Below are positions 36,150-49,321 of a stretch of DNA of 64,000 nt, one piece after another; position 1 is the stretch's first letter, and every line of letters starts with the position of its first letter. Under the pieces are notes generated by a model, which searched no databases, was not told where the DNA came from, and worked only from the letters and a program-made list of their open reading frames with translations. This DNA is from Octopus bimaculoides. Lineage: Eukaryota. A program made the position numbers and the translations under genes. The stretch covers positions 12,294,938 to 12,358,937 of the forward strand of contig NC_068987.1 of NCBI RefSeq assembly GCF_001194135.2, in the 5' to 3' direction.

Positions 36150-36425
36150 TAGTGGTTCCCAAAGCTGGTGGTACTGACCACCTGGGGGCAGTGGAAAGAT
36201 CCAGAAAATGTTGAAGAAAAGTGAGGTGATAATAGGGTGACCAAAAGGGCAATGGATATAAAAATAGTAAAATAATGGGTTAATTAGGTTAAGGTCATTT
36301 GTGATATACTGTCACTTTGAATTTGCTGCAGAAAATAGTCTACATTTGTGGTGGTGAGGTAAAGCACTAGGAATATGACCTGGGCACAAAGGGAGCAGCA
36401 ATCTGAAAATGTTTTTGAACCACTG
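36150..36425. mobile_element. hAT/Charlie-like MITE with 8-bp TSD
   Basis: TAGTGGTTCCCAAA ... TTTGAACCACTG; flanks CATTAGAC / CATTAGGT. Confidence 0.8.
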
Positions 36426-36477
36426 CATTAGGTCAAGTGTGTTTATGTCTGCATAGAGCTACATAGAAACACTAATT

Positions 36478-36990
36478 GAAAGCGAGCTGGCAGAAACGTT
36501 AGCAAGCCAGGCGAAATGCTTAGCAGTATTTCATCTGCTGCTACATTCTGAGTTCAAATTCTGCCGAGGTCGACTTAGCCTTTCATTCTTTCAGGTTCAA
36601 TTAAATAAGTACCAGTTACGCACTACTGTGTGTGTGTGTGTGTGTGTACATGTATGTGTATTATACTGTCTCCTTGCCTTGACTTTGTGTGACGCTTGTA
36701 AATGAGTGTCACCACTGTGCACACAATGTCCTTTGTTGCCAATATTCCGTAAAAACATGTCAGGCTATGGGAAAATATCACTTTACTGGGAACTAGGTGA
36801 GGGTTGTTGACAGGAAGGGCATCTGGGCATAAATAAATCTACCCTTAGCAAATTCTATCTGACCAATACTAGCATGGGAAAATGAACATTAAAATGATGA
36901 TGACGACGATGATGATAATGGGGATGATGATGATGACAACCAGGACAATGACAATGATGACGATGATGACAGTGATGATCATGCTGATAA
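36478..36990 (+). mobile_element. SINE B head/core joined to an A2-type RTE-like tail and (GAT)n
   Basis: gcgagctggcagaaacgttagc head; caggaagggcatctgg...agcatggga tail. Confidence 0.75.
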
Positions 36991-37203
36991 TAATACATTC
37001 AAACTTCAGGTTATTTCTATACGTAATACAACTTCAATCTGATTTAATCTGTGTTTCTGAATTTACGTTATTAGATTTGAAAACTAATTATGATCAGATT
37101 ATATCATGATACAACAAAAACAGAATTATTATACAAGAAATATTCTAGCTGTAACTAACATGCAGTCTTCAGCCAACACACCCAGAACTGTATGTGTGTA
37201 TGT

Positions 37204-37234
<31 letters not shown>

Positions 37235-37404
37235 CATGCACAAATGCATATATGTGTGTGTGTGTGTGTGTGTGTTTTTTATTGAAGCTGAAAAAATTGT
37301 CAAAAACTGTTTCTCTAAGTTTCCCATAAATGATTGTTTGTGAAGTTTTTTAAATCATTATATTTGATTTTTTACAATTAATAGTTAAATACTGTCTTAG
37401 TCGT

Positions 37405-37628
37405 GGAAGATACAGGCGTCACATGACTGGCACTCATGCTAGTGGCACGTAAAAAGCATGCATTACACTCTTGGAGTGGTTGGTGTTAGGAAGGGCATCC
37501 AAGAGTAAAAAAACCATGTCAAATCAGACTGGAGTTTGATGCAGCCCCTCAGCTTACCAGCCCTGATAAAACTGTCTGACCCATACTAGCATACACAAAT
37601 AGATGTTAAATGATGATGATGATGATGC
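37405..37628 (+). mobile_element. SINE family C 3' part
   Basis: gtggcacgtaaaaagc...ttaggaagggcatcc...gttaaatgatgatg. Confidence 0.88.
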
Positions 37629-37681
37629 TATCTTTCCCCTTTGCTCTGCATAAATGTACTCATACATATGCAATGTCTGTG

Positions 37682-38408
37682 TATTAGGTTGGAAAGAAAT
37701 TCCTTTTGCATTTCAAGATAGGAAATAAATAAATATTTCTTCCGTCTTAACGGATATATTTAATAAAGATTATTGATAACTTATGACTGTTTATCTAGTA
37801 AACCGTAGATCCCTCAGGTGTAAATTCTTCAGGTTTTAAAGTAAAGACACTCAAAATCATTTAGCCACTTCACAACTGATAAATATATAATTTTGCAATG
37901 ATCTGAAAAGATGATAGACAGATGGAGCAAGGCCAGCAGAGTTAGGAGAATGAGATAAAACTCTTATATTTAATGCCATAATCTTTGCCTGAATGACTTG
38001 AGCAATATGTTCTCTTGTATTATTGTGTAAGAACAACACCTTTTTAGGAAGAGCAATGATGGGTTCAATTCCTGGAAATTTTGGTGTTGTGCTTCCAATT
38101 GATGACATTACTTCTCCACAAGAAGACCAGTACTCCACAGCAGAAGCGTTAAGGTCACTTCCCGCTGGTAAAGTCATGTGCACTTGCACGGGTGCCATGT
38201 ATTTGCACTCATGTGATGCCGCATAAAAATACCCAGTACATTCTGTAAAGTGGCTGGTGTTGGGAAGGGCATCCAGCCACAGTAAGCAACCATGCTAAAT
38301 CAGATTGGAGCTTGGTGCAACTCTCCATCTCCAGCTTGCCCCCTCTGGTCAAACTGTCCAATCCATGCGAGCATGGACAACAGATGTTAAGTGATGATGA
38401 TGAGGAGG

Positions 38409-38476
<68 letters not shown>

Positions 38477-39207
38477 CGACGGTTTCATTTTGGTTTAACC
38501 CATCATGATAGATGACACACTTCATATCTCGCCAAACACAGAGTATAGTATTTTTTTTTCCCACGTGTAGTTGTAGTTTAACTCCTACCTTATTAGTTTT
38601 GCTGGATATCATTATGGAAACCCCATTTTTTTATTTTTTATCACTTGTGATTGTTGTACACAGGAAAGATTCAGTAGCAAGTCTACTCTTCAATGACCAG
38701 CAAAGGTCAACTCTACTTTGATTAAGCTATGAAGCAATCAGATGATGAAGCATCCACTGACCAAGTTTTGGCACTTTCCCTAGCTCTGAAGGAGTATTCT
38801 GATCAAAATATTACATGAATCGAACTAGTTTACTAATTTTTGTGAAGCTTGTGTAGAATTTTCTTCAACAGTTTTCAGGATCTTTTTATTGACAAAACTT
38901 GGTTGTCCAAACCAAATGGAATCTGTGAGAGAAAAGTTTCCTAGGCAAAACAGCTCAAACCATCATTGGTAGGTTTGGACAATTAAAGCATCATTTCTAC
39001 AGACAGAACAGATATTTCTTGCTGCTTCCATTACTGAAGAGCCCTTTTAGAATTCATAAAACATGCAGTGTCTGCTATGGGTCTGATCTAATCTCGTATT
39101 AAAAGGGTAAAATATATATGAATTTAATCCCTGTGGAATAACGTAATTTGCAAAGAAAGAAAAAATGTTAGACTCTAAAAACTAATGTTTTTCTTACTCT
39201 TAATATA
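37682..39207 (-). mobile_element. Decayed near-full-length mariner transposon
   Basis: N-terminal HTH (RHCMFYEF*KGSSVMEAARNICSV...WF), WMLHHL (WVPHEL-like), KKNTILCVWRDMKCVIY, LFLHNNTREH, HSPNSAGLAPSVYHLFRSLQN (YSPDLAP motif); TA|TTAGGTTGG TIR at 37682; far TIR poorly preserved. Confidence 0.9.
38065..38476 (+). mobile_element. SINE family C inserted in the mariner DDD domain, long (GAT)n tail
   Basis: Interrupts the transposase between NETVD and PIIA. Confidence 0.85.
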
Positions 39208-39222
39208 GAAAAAAGTACTCTT

Positions 39223-39270
<48 letters not shown>

Positions 39271-40659
39271 CCCACACACACATGTATATATATACACACA
39301 TACATATACATGTACATGCACACACATACACATGCACGCACATAGCATACATACATGCATGCATGCGTGTGTGTGTGTGTGTGTGTGTGAGTGTATATAT
39401 ATAATATGTTTGAAATTTGTCAAAGACTTCAGTTAATTAGATTTTTCAGAAATAGAAGCAAATATCTAATAGAAGAGAATCATGGTGTTTGAGAAGAGAA
39501 ATACTGTCAGATAAACATGTAATTAAAAATATTATTCTAGCAAAACAGAGGATTAATTTTTGAATGGTTACTAATATCATCNNNNNNNNNNNNNNNNNNN
39601 NNNNNNNNNNNNNNNNNNNNNNNNNNNNNNNNNNNNNNNNNNNNNNNNNNNNNNNNNNNNNNNNNNNNNNNNNNNNNNNNNNNNNNNNNNNNNNNNNNNN
39701 NNNNNNNNNNNNNNNNNNNNNNNNNNNNNNNATATATATATATATATATATAAACAGTTTTATTTTGTTGATTTGGCTAGCTATGGGGCTTAATCCGATT
39801 GATTTTAATCAATTTGGATAAATTAAATAAAATTAAATAATTAAAAAGAACCAAAATGTCTGAGATGTTTATAACAGGAGAAATGGAATGTAACTTTTTA
39901 TATTGAAGTCCTTCCCTGAAGCGTTAGTGTGTAATTGAAATGAAGATGTTGAAATTTCATCTTCAGGAAGAACATAAGAAGAATGACAACAACAACAATA
40001 ACAATCGTAATGATAACAAAAATGGTTTCTAAAGTATTAATATATTCAATGATTGGCAATAGTAGTATCGAAAAAGAGTCAGTCTTTTTGTCAGTAGCCA
40101 TTTTGTGTATTTGATATCCAGACAAACAGCATCGGTAATAGTAGCATCAGTAGTTTTGTGATGATAAACTTTTATTTATTACCATAAAGTCTTGTGGTTC
40201 TTTTATTTTAAATAAATCCATTGAAGGAATTCAATATCGGCCTCATTAACTTCTGTAAGCTGTACATAGTTGAAATTAATGAGACAAGTCTATGGGAAGA
40301 AAGCTTGTCAACTTTAAACCAATGGCACTACACACTGACAGAACTTTCTCTTTAATGAAGCTATCTTATTAACAAAGATAACAAATGAATATGTATCAGG
40401 AAATTGCTTTCCGGAGAAATGGCAAAGATTGATTTCTGTGTTGAGTGTTTCCTTGCAATATATAATTTAGATAAAACTCACACAGCAACATACAATTAAA
40501 GTTTATTCCCCCACCCCACCCCCACAATCGACAAAGCAAATGGTCACTTTATTCACAATGGATATTAGTTTCTTCCTAACAAGTCTACCTAATAGCTCAG
40601 TTCTTGAAAACAGAAGGTGAGTGTTCTCTTCATTTTCCATATGAATTAGTATATATTCT

Positions 40660-41010
40660 TTTTCTTTTATTCTTTTACTTGTTTCAGTCATTTGACTGTG
40701 GCCATGTTGGAGCACCGCCTTTAGTCGAATCCAATTGACCCCGCTACTTGTTCTTTGTAAGCCTAGTACTTATTCTATCGGTCTCTTTTGCCGAACCGCT
40801 AAGTTACAGGGACGTAAACACACCACCATCAGTTGTCAAGTGATGTTGGGGGGACAAACACACATACAAATATATTTATACACACACATACAAATATATT
40901 TATATATATATACATATATACGACGGGCTTCTTTCAGTTTCTGTCTACCAAATCCACTCACAAGGCTTTGGTCGGCCCAAGGCTATAGTAGAAGACACTT
41001 GCCCAAGATA
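40660..41010 (-). mobile_element. SINE family A (5' truncated)
   Basis: Reverse complement match. Confidence 0.9.
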
Positions 41011-41839
41011 TATATATATCATTACCAGCATCACCTTACTGGCACGTGAAAAAAACATTCAAGCAAGGTCGTTGCCAGTACTGGACTGGCTCCCGTGATA
41101 AATATCGATATGAAGCATAAAACACAGTGAATTTTAGATTTAAAAGTTACAATACATTGGTGTAATAAAAATTTGATACAATAAAACATTAAAAAGACGT
41201 ACTAAATTGTGCCTTTGATTTCTGGAATTCCTGATTTCATCTGTCTTACCCTTTCCTCGAATTTACTGGCCTTGGACTAAAATGTGAATCCACATCTTTT
41301 ATACTCTAAAATACTGTAAATACCTTCTTTCTTTGCAAAATCCATAGAAATGCCATCTCATGTTTCAGAAAGTGTAATAAAGTTTTCAGAGATTTTCTAC
41401 AAGCTCTTCGACCAGCATACATGAGGCTGGAAAACCCCAGGGGAAAACTGAAATTATGTACGTGGGAAGAAGACAGGCAATGAAACAGATTCATCTGACA
41501 TAACTATTGACCTTAGCTTTAGAGATGAAGCTTTCTTTTTCAATATTTTATGCACCAACACGGAATTCCATCAAATTGAAACGTTGACTCATAACATTGA
41601 TGTTAAATATTTAATGCATAGATTCTGACACTGTGTAAACATCCATGACTAGACATCTGATGAAAATGAATGAAACATAATGAAACATAATGAAACATAA
41701 TGTTGACGTAAATAAAATTAAAAACTATTGCTTATCTCTAAAGATTTGGTTTATAGTGTGCCAAAATCTCTAATTTTATTAGGAATAACTCATTTCACAT
41801 ACTTAAATATTTAACTTGCTGGCTGTATTTTCATTGAAG

Positions 41840-42030
41840 GTATGTAACCCAATTGTTAGGGTGTTTTACTCATGCTCGCCAGATTGTGGTTTCAATTCCT
41901 GAAAAAAGCGGTGCGTTGTGTTCATTAGTAAAACATTTTATTTCACATTGCTGCTGTTCACCTAACTGTAAATGTGTAACTCTGTGTCAAACTGGTGCCC
42001 TACTAGGGATTAATGTTGTGATCTCAGCCA
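41840..42030 (+). mobile_element. SINE family D, diverged
   Basis: gttagggtgttttactcatg...gtttcaattcctg; gtgttgtgttcattagtaaaac. Confidence 0.65.
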
Positions 42031-42345
42031 CTTATATACCATAGAAATTAGGTAACTGGCCCCTATGAGTTCTAGGACCTGAGACAATATTATCTAGGGG
42101 ACTTTAATTTTTTTTTAAAGAAAATCTCAAGAATTCATGGAATGGTTACTACTTAGTCACACTAACAGAATGAAAGATGCAATATTAAGATTATTGTATT
42201 TATTCATATATATGTTGTACTATTATATATATAGTGATTTTAACTGAAAAAATTTGGATGTAACTTATAAATGGGGCAGAGCTAAAATTACAAGGGAAAA
42301 ACTTTTGTACCAAGATTTAATACTAAATTAGCAATGCTACTTATA

Positions 42346-42534
42346 TGAGGGTGTGCTGAAAAGTTACTGGCTTTAAGGGTATCACAAAAGTTCTTTTACA
42401 GGGCTTAGAAAAACTGAAAGACTGCTGCAATAAGTGTATGGATGTGAGAGGGGAATATGTTCAATAAAACCATAATTAAACACTCCTCCTGTATTTTCTT
42501 TTACACAAAGCCAGGGACTTTCAGCACTCCCTCG
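42346..42534 (+). mobile_element. Mariner-derived MITE (internal deletion) with TA TSD
   Basis: TA|TGAGGGTGTGCTGAAAAGTTACTGGCTT ... AAGCCAGGGACTTTCAGCACTCCCTCG|TA; interior encodes the transposase C-terminus GLEKLKDCCNKCMDVRGEYVQ*. Confidence 0.9.
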
Positions 42535-42829
42535 TATGTGACTAAATATGGTATATTGAAAATTGCATATTTTCAGAAGAAAAAAAAAGAAAATATAGAA
42601 CCATTATATTTTACATTTTATATTGCTTTGCCAAGACATTTTATTCCGAGAGTGTCAGTTTGAAATTAGGTAAAATGTCAATTCATGCTACATAGAAAGG
42701 TGTGTTTTCTTCAGATTTTAAATAATGTAAAGAAATCAATATATGGATAAAGTTAAGTATAACTAAATCTTTATAGTTTTCATGATAAGATCAGCTGTTC
42801 CATATCCATTTAGGTCAGCAGAAATCTCA

Positions 42830-42880
42830 AAAATGTATACATATATGTGTGTGTGTATATACATCTATATAAGCATATGA

Positions 42881-42945
<65 letters not shown>

Positions 42946-43267
42946 CATATGAATATGTATAGATGCATATGTACATGTTTATAAATATATAAACATACAC
43001 ATATGCTTGTGAGTGTGTACCATATGCGAATGTACTTATAAACACATGTTGGTGAGGTGTCCTTTATGTAGATAACTAGCACATCATTTGGTCAAAGACA
43101 CCTGGCTGTATTACTGAGAAAAAAAGAAAGACAAATATATATATAAATGAAAAAAAATATAAAATCAATAAAGTTCCAACTTTAAAAAAACCATGTACAA
43201 AAATATATGCTTGCATCATTGTAATTGTGTGTTTGTATGTATGAATGTCTATATGTATATATTATGG

Positions 43268-43299
<32 letters not shown>

Positions 43300-43377
43300 C
43301 CGTATGTGTGTATGTATGTACATATATTTAAGTGTGTGTGAGTATATATGAGTATATATATACATATNNNNNNNNNN

Positions 43378-43430
<53 letters not shown>
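42830..43430. repeat. (TA)n/(TG)n microsatellite field
   Basis: Direct inspection; includes a 10-N gap. Confidence 0.95.
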
Positions 43431-43431
<1 letters not shown>

Positions 43432-43589
43432 TAAATCTCTGAGCAAGACATAACCAGTAGCAGCATGGAATCGTGAAGTATATTTGCCACCTAAATGTTG
43501 TTTATAGCCCCAGGAAGACATTGCCTCCAGCTGCCTGATGACACACTGCCTGTGTCCGATTAGTATTTGTGAAGGGCAATCAAGGGAAA

Positions 43590-43830
43590 TCGCCATCACT
43601 AGTGATTACTCTGAACACCCTGTTGTTGTCTGGATGTTTGATTTTTATCACTCTTGGTACATCTTTTGGGGACATGGCAATGTGAATGCCAAGCAGTACA
43701 GTATGTTGTTTCCAAATTTCTGGCAGAGTGAATTACATCATGGTGCTGTTTTTCTCAGAGACAGTGCCCAACTTACCCTACTATACTATGCAGTCAACAA
43801 AATCAAGAGCAAATCATGCACAGGCACTAA
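43590..43830 (+). pseudogene. Tc1/mariner-superfamily transposase fossil (DDD core fragment)
   Basis: HPVVVW...GNVNAKQYSMLF...FLRDSA resembles HPxKVxVW...GxVNxxxYxxML...FQQDGA. Confidence 0.45.
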
Positions 43831-43854
43831 ATAAAAAATATAAAATGGCAGCAA

Positions 43855-44180
43855 TATATATGTGTGTGTGTTATATAATATGTGTGTGTGTATGTTATAT
43901 AATATGTGTGTGTGTGTTATATATAATATGTGTGTGTGTATGTTATATATAATGTGTGTGTGTGCGTGCGCGCGCAGTCATTCACATATGAATATACATA
44001 CACTAATACATACATACATAAATACATACAGACATGCATATATATATATACATTTATATACATGCATATATATACATACATATATGTATATATATATATA
44101 TGTGTATATATACACGCACACATACATGCATACATATGTATGCATGTATGTATGTATCTATGTATGTATAATGTAACGCA
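43855..44180. repeat. ~22-bp minisatellite (tatataatatgtgtgtgtgtgt-like) and TA/CA low-complexity tract
   Basis: About 4-5 degenerate units at 43855-43960. Confidence 0.85.
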
Positions 44181-44578
44181 AGATAGATGCAATAACATGC
44201 ATGCCATAATACACAAGGGACTACAAACATTACTATTAAATTCAATATCAATTCATACTAAACATGCCTCAGTTCGTTTTTAATTACTAATTTAATCCCA
44301 AGAGTAAAACAAAGAGTTGTGCATATGAACCAGTCTTTTAAATACATTTTAAGCTATTTCATGTTGTGAATGGTGGAGTGATGTTGCTTTTATTATATTA
44401 TATTATATTATATTATGTCTTATCATGTATTAAACTATTTTTTTTAAACATTTTTCTCTCAAGCTAGTAACTAAAACACAGCACAATATCCGAAGGTTTA
44501 TTGACATTTGATATTATTTATACTCCCTATTGTATTTTGTGTGTATCCTTATATATATATGTATATATATATATATAT

Positions 44579-45466
44579 NNNNNNNNNNNNNNNNNNNNNN
44601 NNNNNNNNNNNNNNNNNNNNNNNNNNNNNNNNNNNNNNNNNNNNNNNNNNNNNNNNNNNNNNNNNNNNNNNNNNNNNNNNNNNNNNNNNNNNNNNNNNNN
44701 NNNNNNNNNNNNNNNNNNNNNNNNNNNNNNNNNNNNNNNNNNNNNNNNNNNNNNNNNNNNNNNNNNNNNNNNNNNNNNNNNNNNNNNNNNNNNNNNNNNN
44801 NNNNNNNNNNNNNNNNNNNNNNNNNNNNNNNNNNNNNNNNNNNNNNNNNNNNNNNNNNNNNNNNNNNNNNNNNNNNNNNNNNNNNNNNNNNNNNNNNNNN
44901 NNNNNNNNNNNNNNNNNNNNNNNNNNNNNNNNNNNNNNNNNNNNNNNNNNNNNNNNNNNNNNNNNNNNNNNNNNNNNNNNNNNNNNNNNNNNNNNNNNNN
45001 NNNNNNNNNNNNNNNNNNNNNNNNNNNNNNNNNNNNNNNNNNNNNNNNNNNNNNNNNNNNNNNNNNNNNNNNNNNNNNNNNNNNNNNNNNNNNNNNNNNN
45101 NNNNNNNNNNNNNNNNNNNNNNNNNNNNNNNNNNNNNNNNNNNNNNNNNNNNNNNNNNNNNNNNNNNNNNNNNNNNNNNNNNNNNNNNNNNNNNNNNNNN
45201 NNNNNNNNNNNNNNNNNNNNNNNNNNNNNNNNNNNNNNNNNNNNNNNNNNNNNNNNNNNNNNNNNNNNNNNNNNNNNNNNNNNNNNNNNNNNNNNNNNNN
45301 NNNNNNNNNNNNNNNNNNNNNNNNNNNNNNNNNNNNNNNNNNNNNNNNNNNNNNNNNNNNNNNNNNNNNNNNNNNNNNNNNNNNNNNNNNNNNNNNNNNN
45401 NNNNNNNNNNNNNNNNNNNNNNNNNNNNNNNNNNNNNNNNNNNNNNNNNNNNNNNNNNNNNNNNNN
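44579..45466. other. Assembly gap (N), largest in window
   Basis: N run between (TA)n tracts. Confidence 1.
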
Positions 45467-45513
<47 letters not shown>

Positions 45514-46584
45514 TATCAATTTGTATGTAAGTATGTATGTAGGCATGCATAATTTTCTGTATATAAATGGATACATGCACATACACACAAACACACACAC
45601 ACAAAACATGTTTATATATATACATAATTACCTCTATTTCCTCCATTTTTCTCTCTGTATTTATATGAGAGTGTGTATATGTTTATATTTTTGTTGTTTA
45701 TATATGTGTGTATACATTCATGTACATCTTAAAAATGAAGTTCCAATCATTATATCGTAGAAATAATCTGACATACATCAAACAAATGAAAAAATATATA
45801 GATCTAAAAATGAATGAAGCAGATACAAAGTAAGTCCTCTTCTTTCAGTTTAGATGAGAAGTATAAAAACCATCTACTATGATAATATTCTTGTGTTTTT
45901 CTCAGTCACAACATATGAATGAGACAAAAAGGAGTGATAGATGAATAAGGAAGGAACGGGTGATGGCAAAAATGGTAGTGGGAGTGTTTCAACTCTGTGT
46001 GAGTATATGTGTGTATATGTAAAAGGGAGGTATATAAATGTGTGCGTGTGTGTGCGTGTGTGTGCAATGGCAGTGGGATGGTGAACAGTCAATGCTGAAA
46101 AGAAAAAGTCAAACAGCGTTTCAACTCTGTGTGATTATATGTGTGTATGTGTGCGCATGTACAAGGGAAGTATGTGAATGTTTGTATGTGTGAACCAGCG
46201 TTCTTTCAGTATCAAACGATGTTTGATGTCACATCTCAAAAGACAACTACTAGATAACATTGACAAGTGTATTAATATAGTTAATAGCATCAGGTGGATA
46301 ACTTGATTTAAAGTGCATGTATAAAGAGGTTAGTTGTTACTTTCTACATTATATGTGATGAATTGGTAGGTGGTTGCTTTATTTCTAGTGTTATTCTCAG
46401 ATTGAACTTTTTCAAGGTAACAAGGACTTTATTTTAGATGTGATTACTAGTTGTGCATCATATCTGAGTATTTGAACCTATTATTTCATCATCACTATAC
46501 AGTCTTATACTAGTATTGTTACATATCTCTTGGTAGATCACTCAAAAGAGGTAGGTGTATGAATCCACATACCTCATCACTTTT

Positions 46585-46760
46585 GTAGTAGTAGTAGTAG
46601 TAGTAGTAGTAAGAGGGCGTGTGCTGTAATAGCACATCACTGCATCCACCGTTTTCTGGTGATGCCTTACTTCTTCAAGTCGATGATACCTTTGCACCAC
46701 TCAAGTGACACCTCCAATCCATGGGTCTGTTTGGGTGGCTGATGTTGGTAAAGGTTTTGT
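46585..46760 (-). mobile_element. Possible RTE-like LINE 3' remnant ending in (TAC)n
   Basis: Minus strand ...WCKGIIDLKK*GITRKRW resembles the RTE C-terminus; weak. Confidence 0.3.
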
Positions 46761-47368
46761 GTGGTCAGAGTGTAAATTTTACCTTAACCACTTTTAGTTA
46801 CCTTTTACAACATGCAGGGGGAAATGTTGGGTCTATTCTTTGATGTACTGGTCCCCACACAGCACAAAAGTAATGGAAAATGAAGTGGTTTGTTAAAAAA
46901 CACAACTCACCACCCAGTGCAAGAACTGAACTTATGACCTGGTGATCATAAGTGCAATGCTCTAACAACTAGGCCATATGCCCTCACTATTGTAACTTCA
47001 CATAAAAATGTCAAAAACTTCATCATGGTTTTTACCTATCATTCCTTTGTGTTAAATAAGAGCTATCATCTAGAATGTAATAAAGTTTTGAGCTTGTCTA
47101 ATGCTGTCTTTATATAAAAGGTGATTGATGGGTAAAAATCTACAATGGTAAATTGGATATATTTGCATTGGTTTTTAATCTTGATCTGTTCGAACAAATT
47201 ATTACATTGGTGATGTATTTTGACATAAGTTATGAAGTATGTTGTCTTTATTGGAGCATTTGTTGATTAAGATGACAAACTGTTTTAGCACATGGGTGAT
47301 AGAATTCCTGCTGATTAGTGGAGTGAACCAGATCATGTTGTTTTTTTTTTTGCTCTCTACTGTTTGGA

Positions 47369-47408
<40 letters not shown>

Positions 47409-47769
47409 TAGTGGATGAAATATAGGCTGTTGTGTTTGTTTTTGAAGTGGTTGTGTATTAATTTGATATTGCAGGATTTGTCATTGGAACAATGGTTTTA
47501 GTTGAAAACAATAATCTGTTTATGTTTTCTAACATGATATGTCTATACAGGGACAGAATTTTAAAATGTTTTAGCTAAATACAAATATTTGTACCAAGAT
47601 ATCAAGATATTACTTGACTGGACATGAATTGCATCTTATAGTGCCATTGGGATATGGAGCTGTAGTTTCAACAATGCTCTAGCTTATAGAAATGTGGCCA
47701 GTTTTACTCTTTCAATTTGCAGGTATGTATAGATAGGGAGTGGAATTTATTTTATCTTTGGTGCTGAAG

Positions 47770-47915
47770 GATTACTCATTTTTGCCAGGTGGGTGGACTG
47801 GAGTGATGCAAAATGAAGTGTTTTGCTCAGGAATACAATATGTCACTTGGTCCAGGAATCGAAACCCCAATTCTACAATCATGAGTCCAACACCCTAACC
47901 ATTAAACCACATGCC
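47770..47915 (-). mobile_element. SINE family D
   Basis: gtggactggagt..gaagtgttttgctcagg..ggaatcgaaacc..ccctaaccattaaacc; a second copy lies at 46880-46985. Confidence 0.75.
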
Positions 47916-47936
47916 TGATCTTGAATATGTTCTATA

Positions 47937-48375
47937 TAGGCGTAGGAGTGGCTGTATGGTAAGTAGCTTGCTTAACAACCACATGGTTCCGGGTTCAGTC
48001 ACACTGTGTGGCACCTTGGGCAAGTGTCTTCTACTATAGCCTCAGGCCAANNNNNNNNNNTTGGGCAAGTGTCTTCTACTATAGCCTCAGGCCAACCAAA
48101 TCCTTGTGAGTGGATTTGGTAGACGGAAACTGAAAGAAGCCCATTGTATATATATATATATGTGTGTTTGTGTGTTTGTGTTTGTCCCCTCACCTTCGCT
48201 TGACAACCGATGTTGGTATGTTCATGTCCCCGTAACTTAGTGGTTCGGCCAATGAGATCAATAGAATAATTACTAGGCTTACAAAGAATAAGTCCTGGGG
48301 TCAATTTCTTCGACTAAAGGTGGTGCTCCAGCATGACCACAGTCAAATGACTGGAACAAATAAAAGAATAAAAGA
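47937..48375 (+). mobile_element. SINE family A with artefactual duplication across a 10-N gap
   Basis: ttgggcaagtgtcttctactatagcctcaggccaa occurs on both sides of 48051-48060. Confidence 0.9.
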
Positions 48376-48604
48376 ATTTGACCCATTTATAATTTTTCCA
48401 GTATCATTTACAGAAATTACTATTCCTCTGAATATAAGTATCTTTATGATGCATTAGACATTAAGTGGGATGTAATGAAGCTGTAATTGCATTCTGGTAA
48501 TTAGAATAGACTATGTCTCACAAAGGCGATATTGTATATATCAATTATAGCGCATATGGATAGTATTGAAAAAAAAACTGCATTTGACTCATGGAAAATA
48601 CCAT

Positions 48605-48840
48605 AGGGTGGCGAGCTGGCAGAATCATTAGGACGCCAGGCGAAATGCTTAACGGTATTTTGCCTGCCGTTACGTTCTGAGTTCAAATTCCACCAAGGTC
48701 GACTTTGCCTTTCATCCTTTCGGAGTCGATAAATTAAATACCAGTTATGCACTGGGGTTGATGTAATCGACCTAATCCGTTTGTCTGTCCTTGTTTGTTC
48801 CCTCTATGTTTAGCCCCTTGTGGGCAATAAAGAAATAAGG
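48605..48840 (+). mobile_element. SINE family B, tail type 2
   Basis: Ends atccgtttgtctgtccttgtttgttccctctatgtttagccccttgtgggcaataaag. Confidence 0.9.
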
Positions 48841-49321
48841 AAAATACCTTAAAAATTCACAAACATGTAGTGTTCATTTACCTTTACACAGAAAGATAGA
48901 ATTAATTTTACCACTCCACATTAATATGTTTGATAGCTAAAGGACAGCACAAATTCTCTTGAGTAGAATCTAATATTTGGAAATGAGTATTGTAAATTCT
49001 TACTGGATTTATTATTCAATCAGAAATACATATCCATTTATTAAACTAGAAATGCTACTTATGGTACTGATAAGATTAAGAGATGGAAAATTCATCACAC
49101 ATAACGTAAAACTCCGCACAGAAAACTATATGTTAATATCACACAGAAACATGCACGGGGTGTGAAACAATTTAAGCTTCAACCTACCTATATCTACAGT
49201 ATTTTCCAATTATAGATTTCTTTAGTAACTTCCCAGATATCATCTCTTAATATTACTCTCTGCCATTGCCTCTACCTTCTCTGTCTATCTGCATCTTTAT
49301 CTGTTGTTATTGCTCTCATAG

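Noticed and set aside
41783-41839. Plus-strand 57-nt exon-like segment with AAG|GTATGT donor
   Set aside because: Stops in all three frames, and the donor abuts a SINE D head
42810-44283. YI/HT/CV-rich ORFs (and all poly-H/D/M/I/Y ORFs elsewhere)
   Set aside because: Translations of TA, CA and triplet microsatellites
48016-48095. Direct duplication across the 10-N gap (also 54700-54780)
   Set aside because: Contig-overlap assembly artefact
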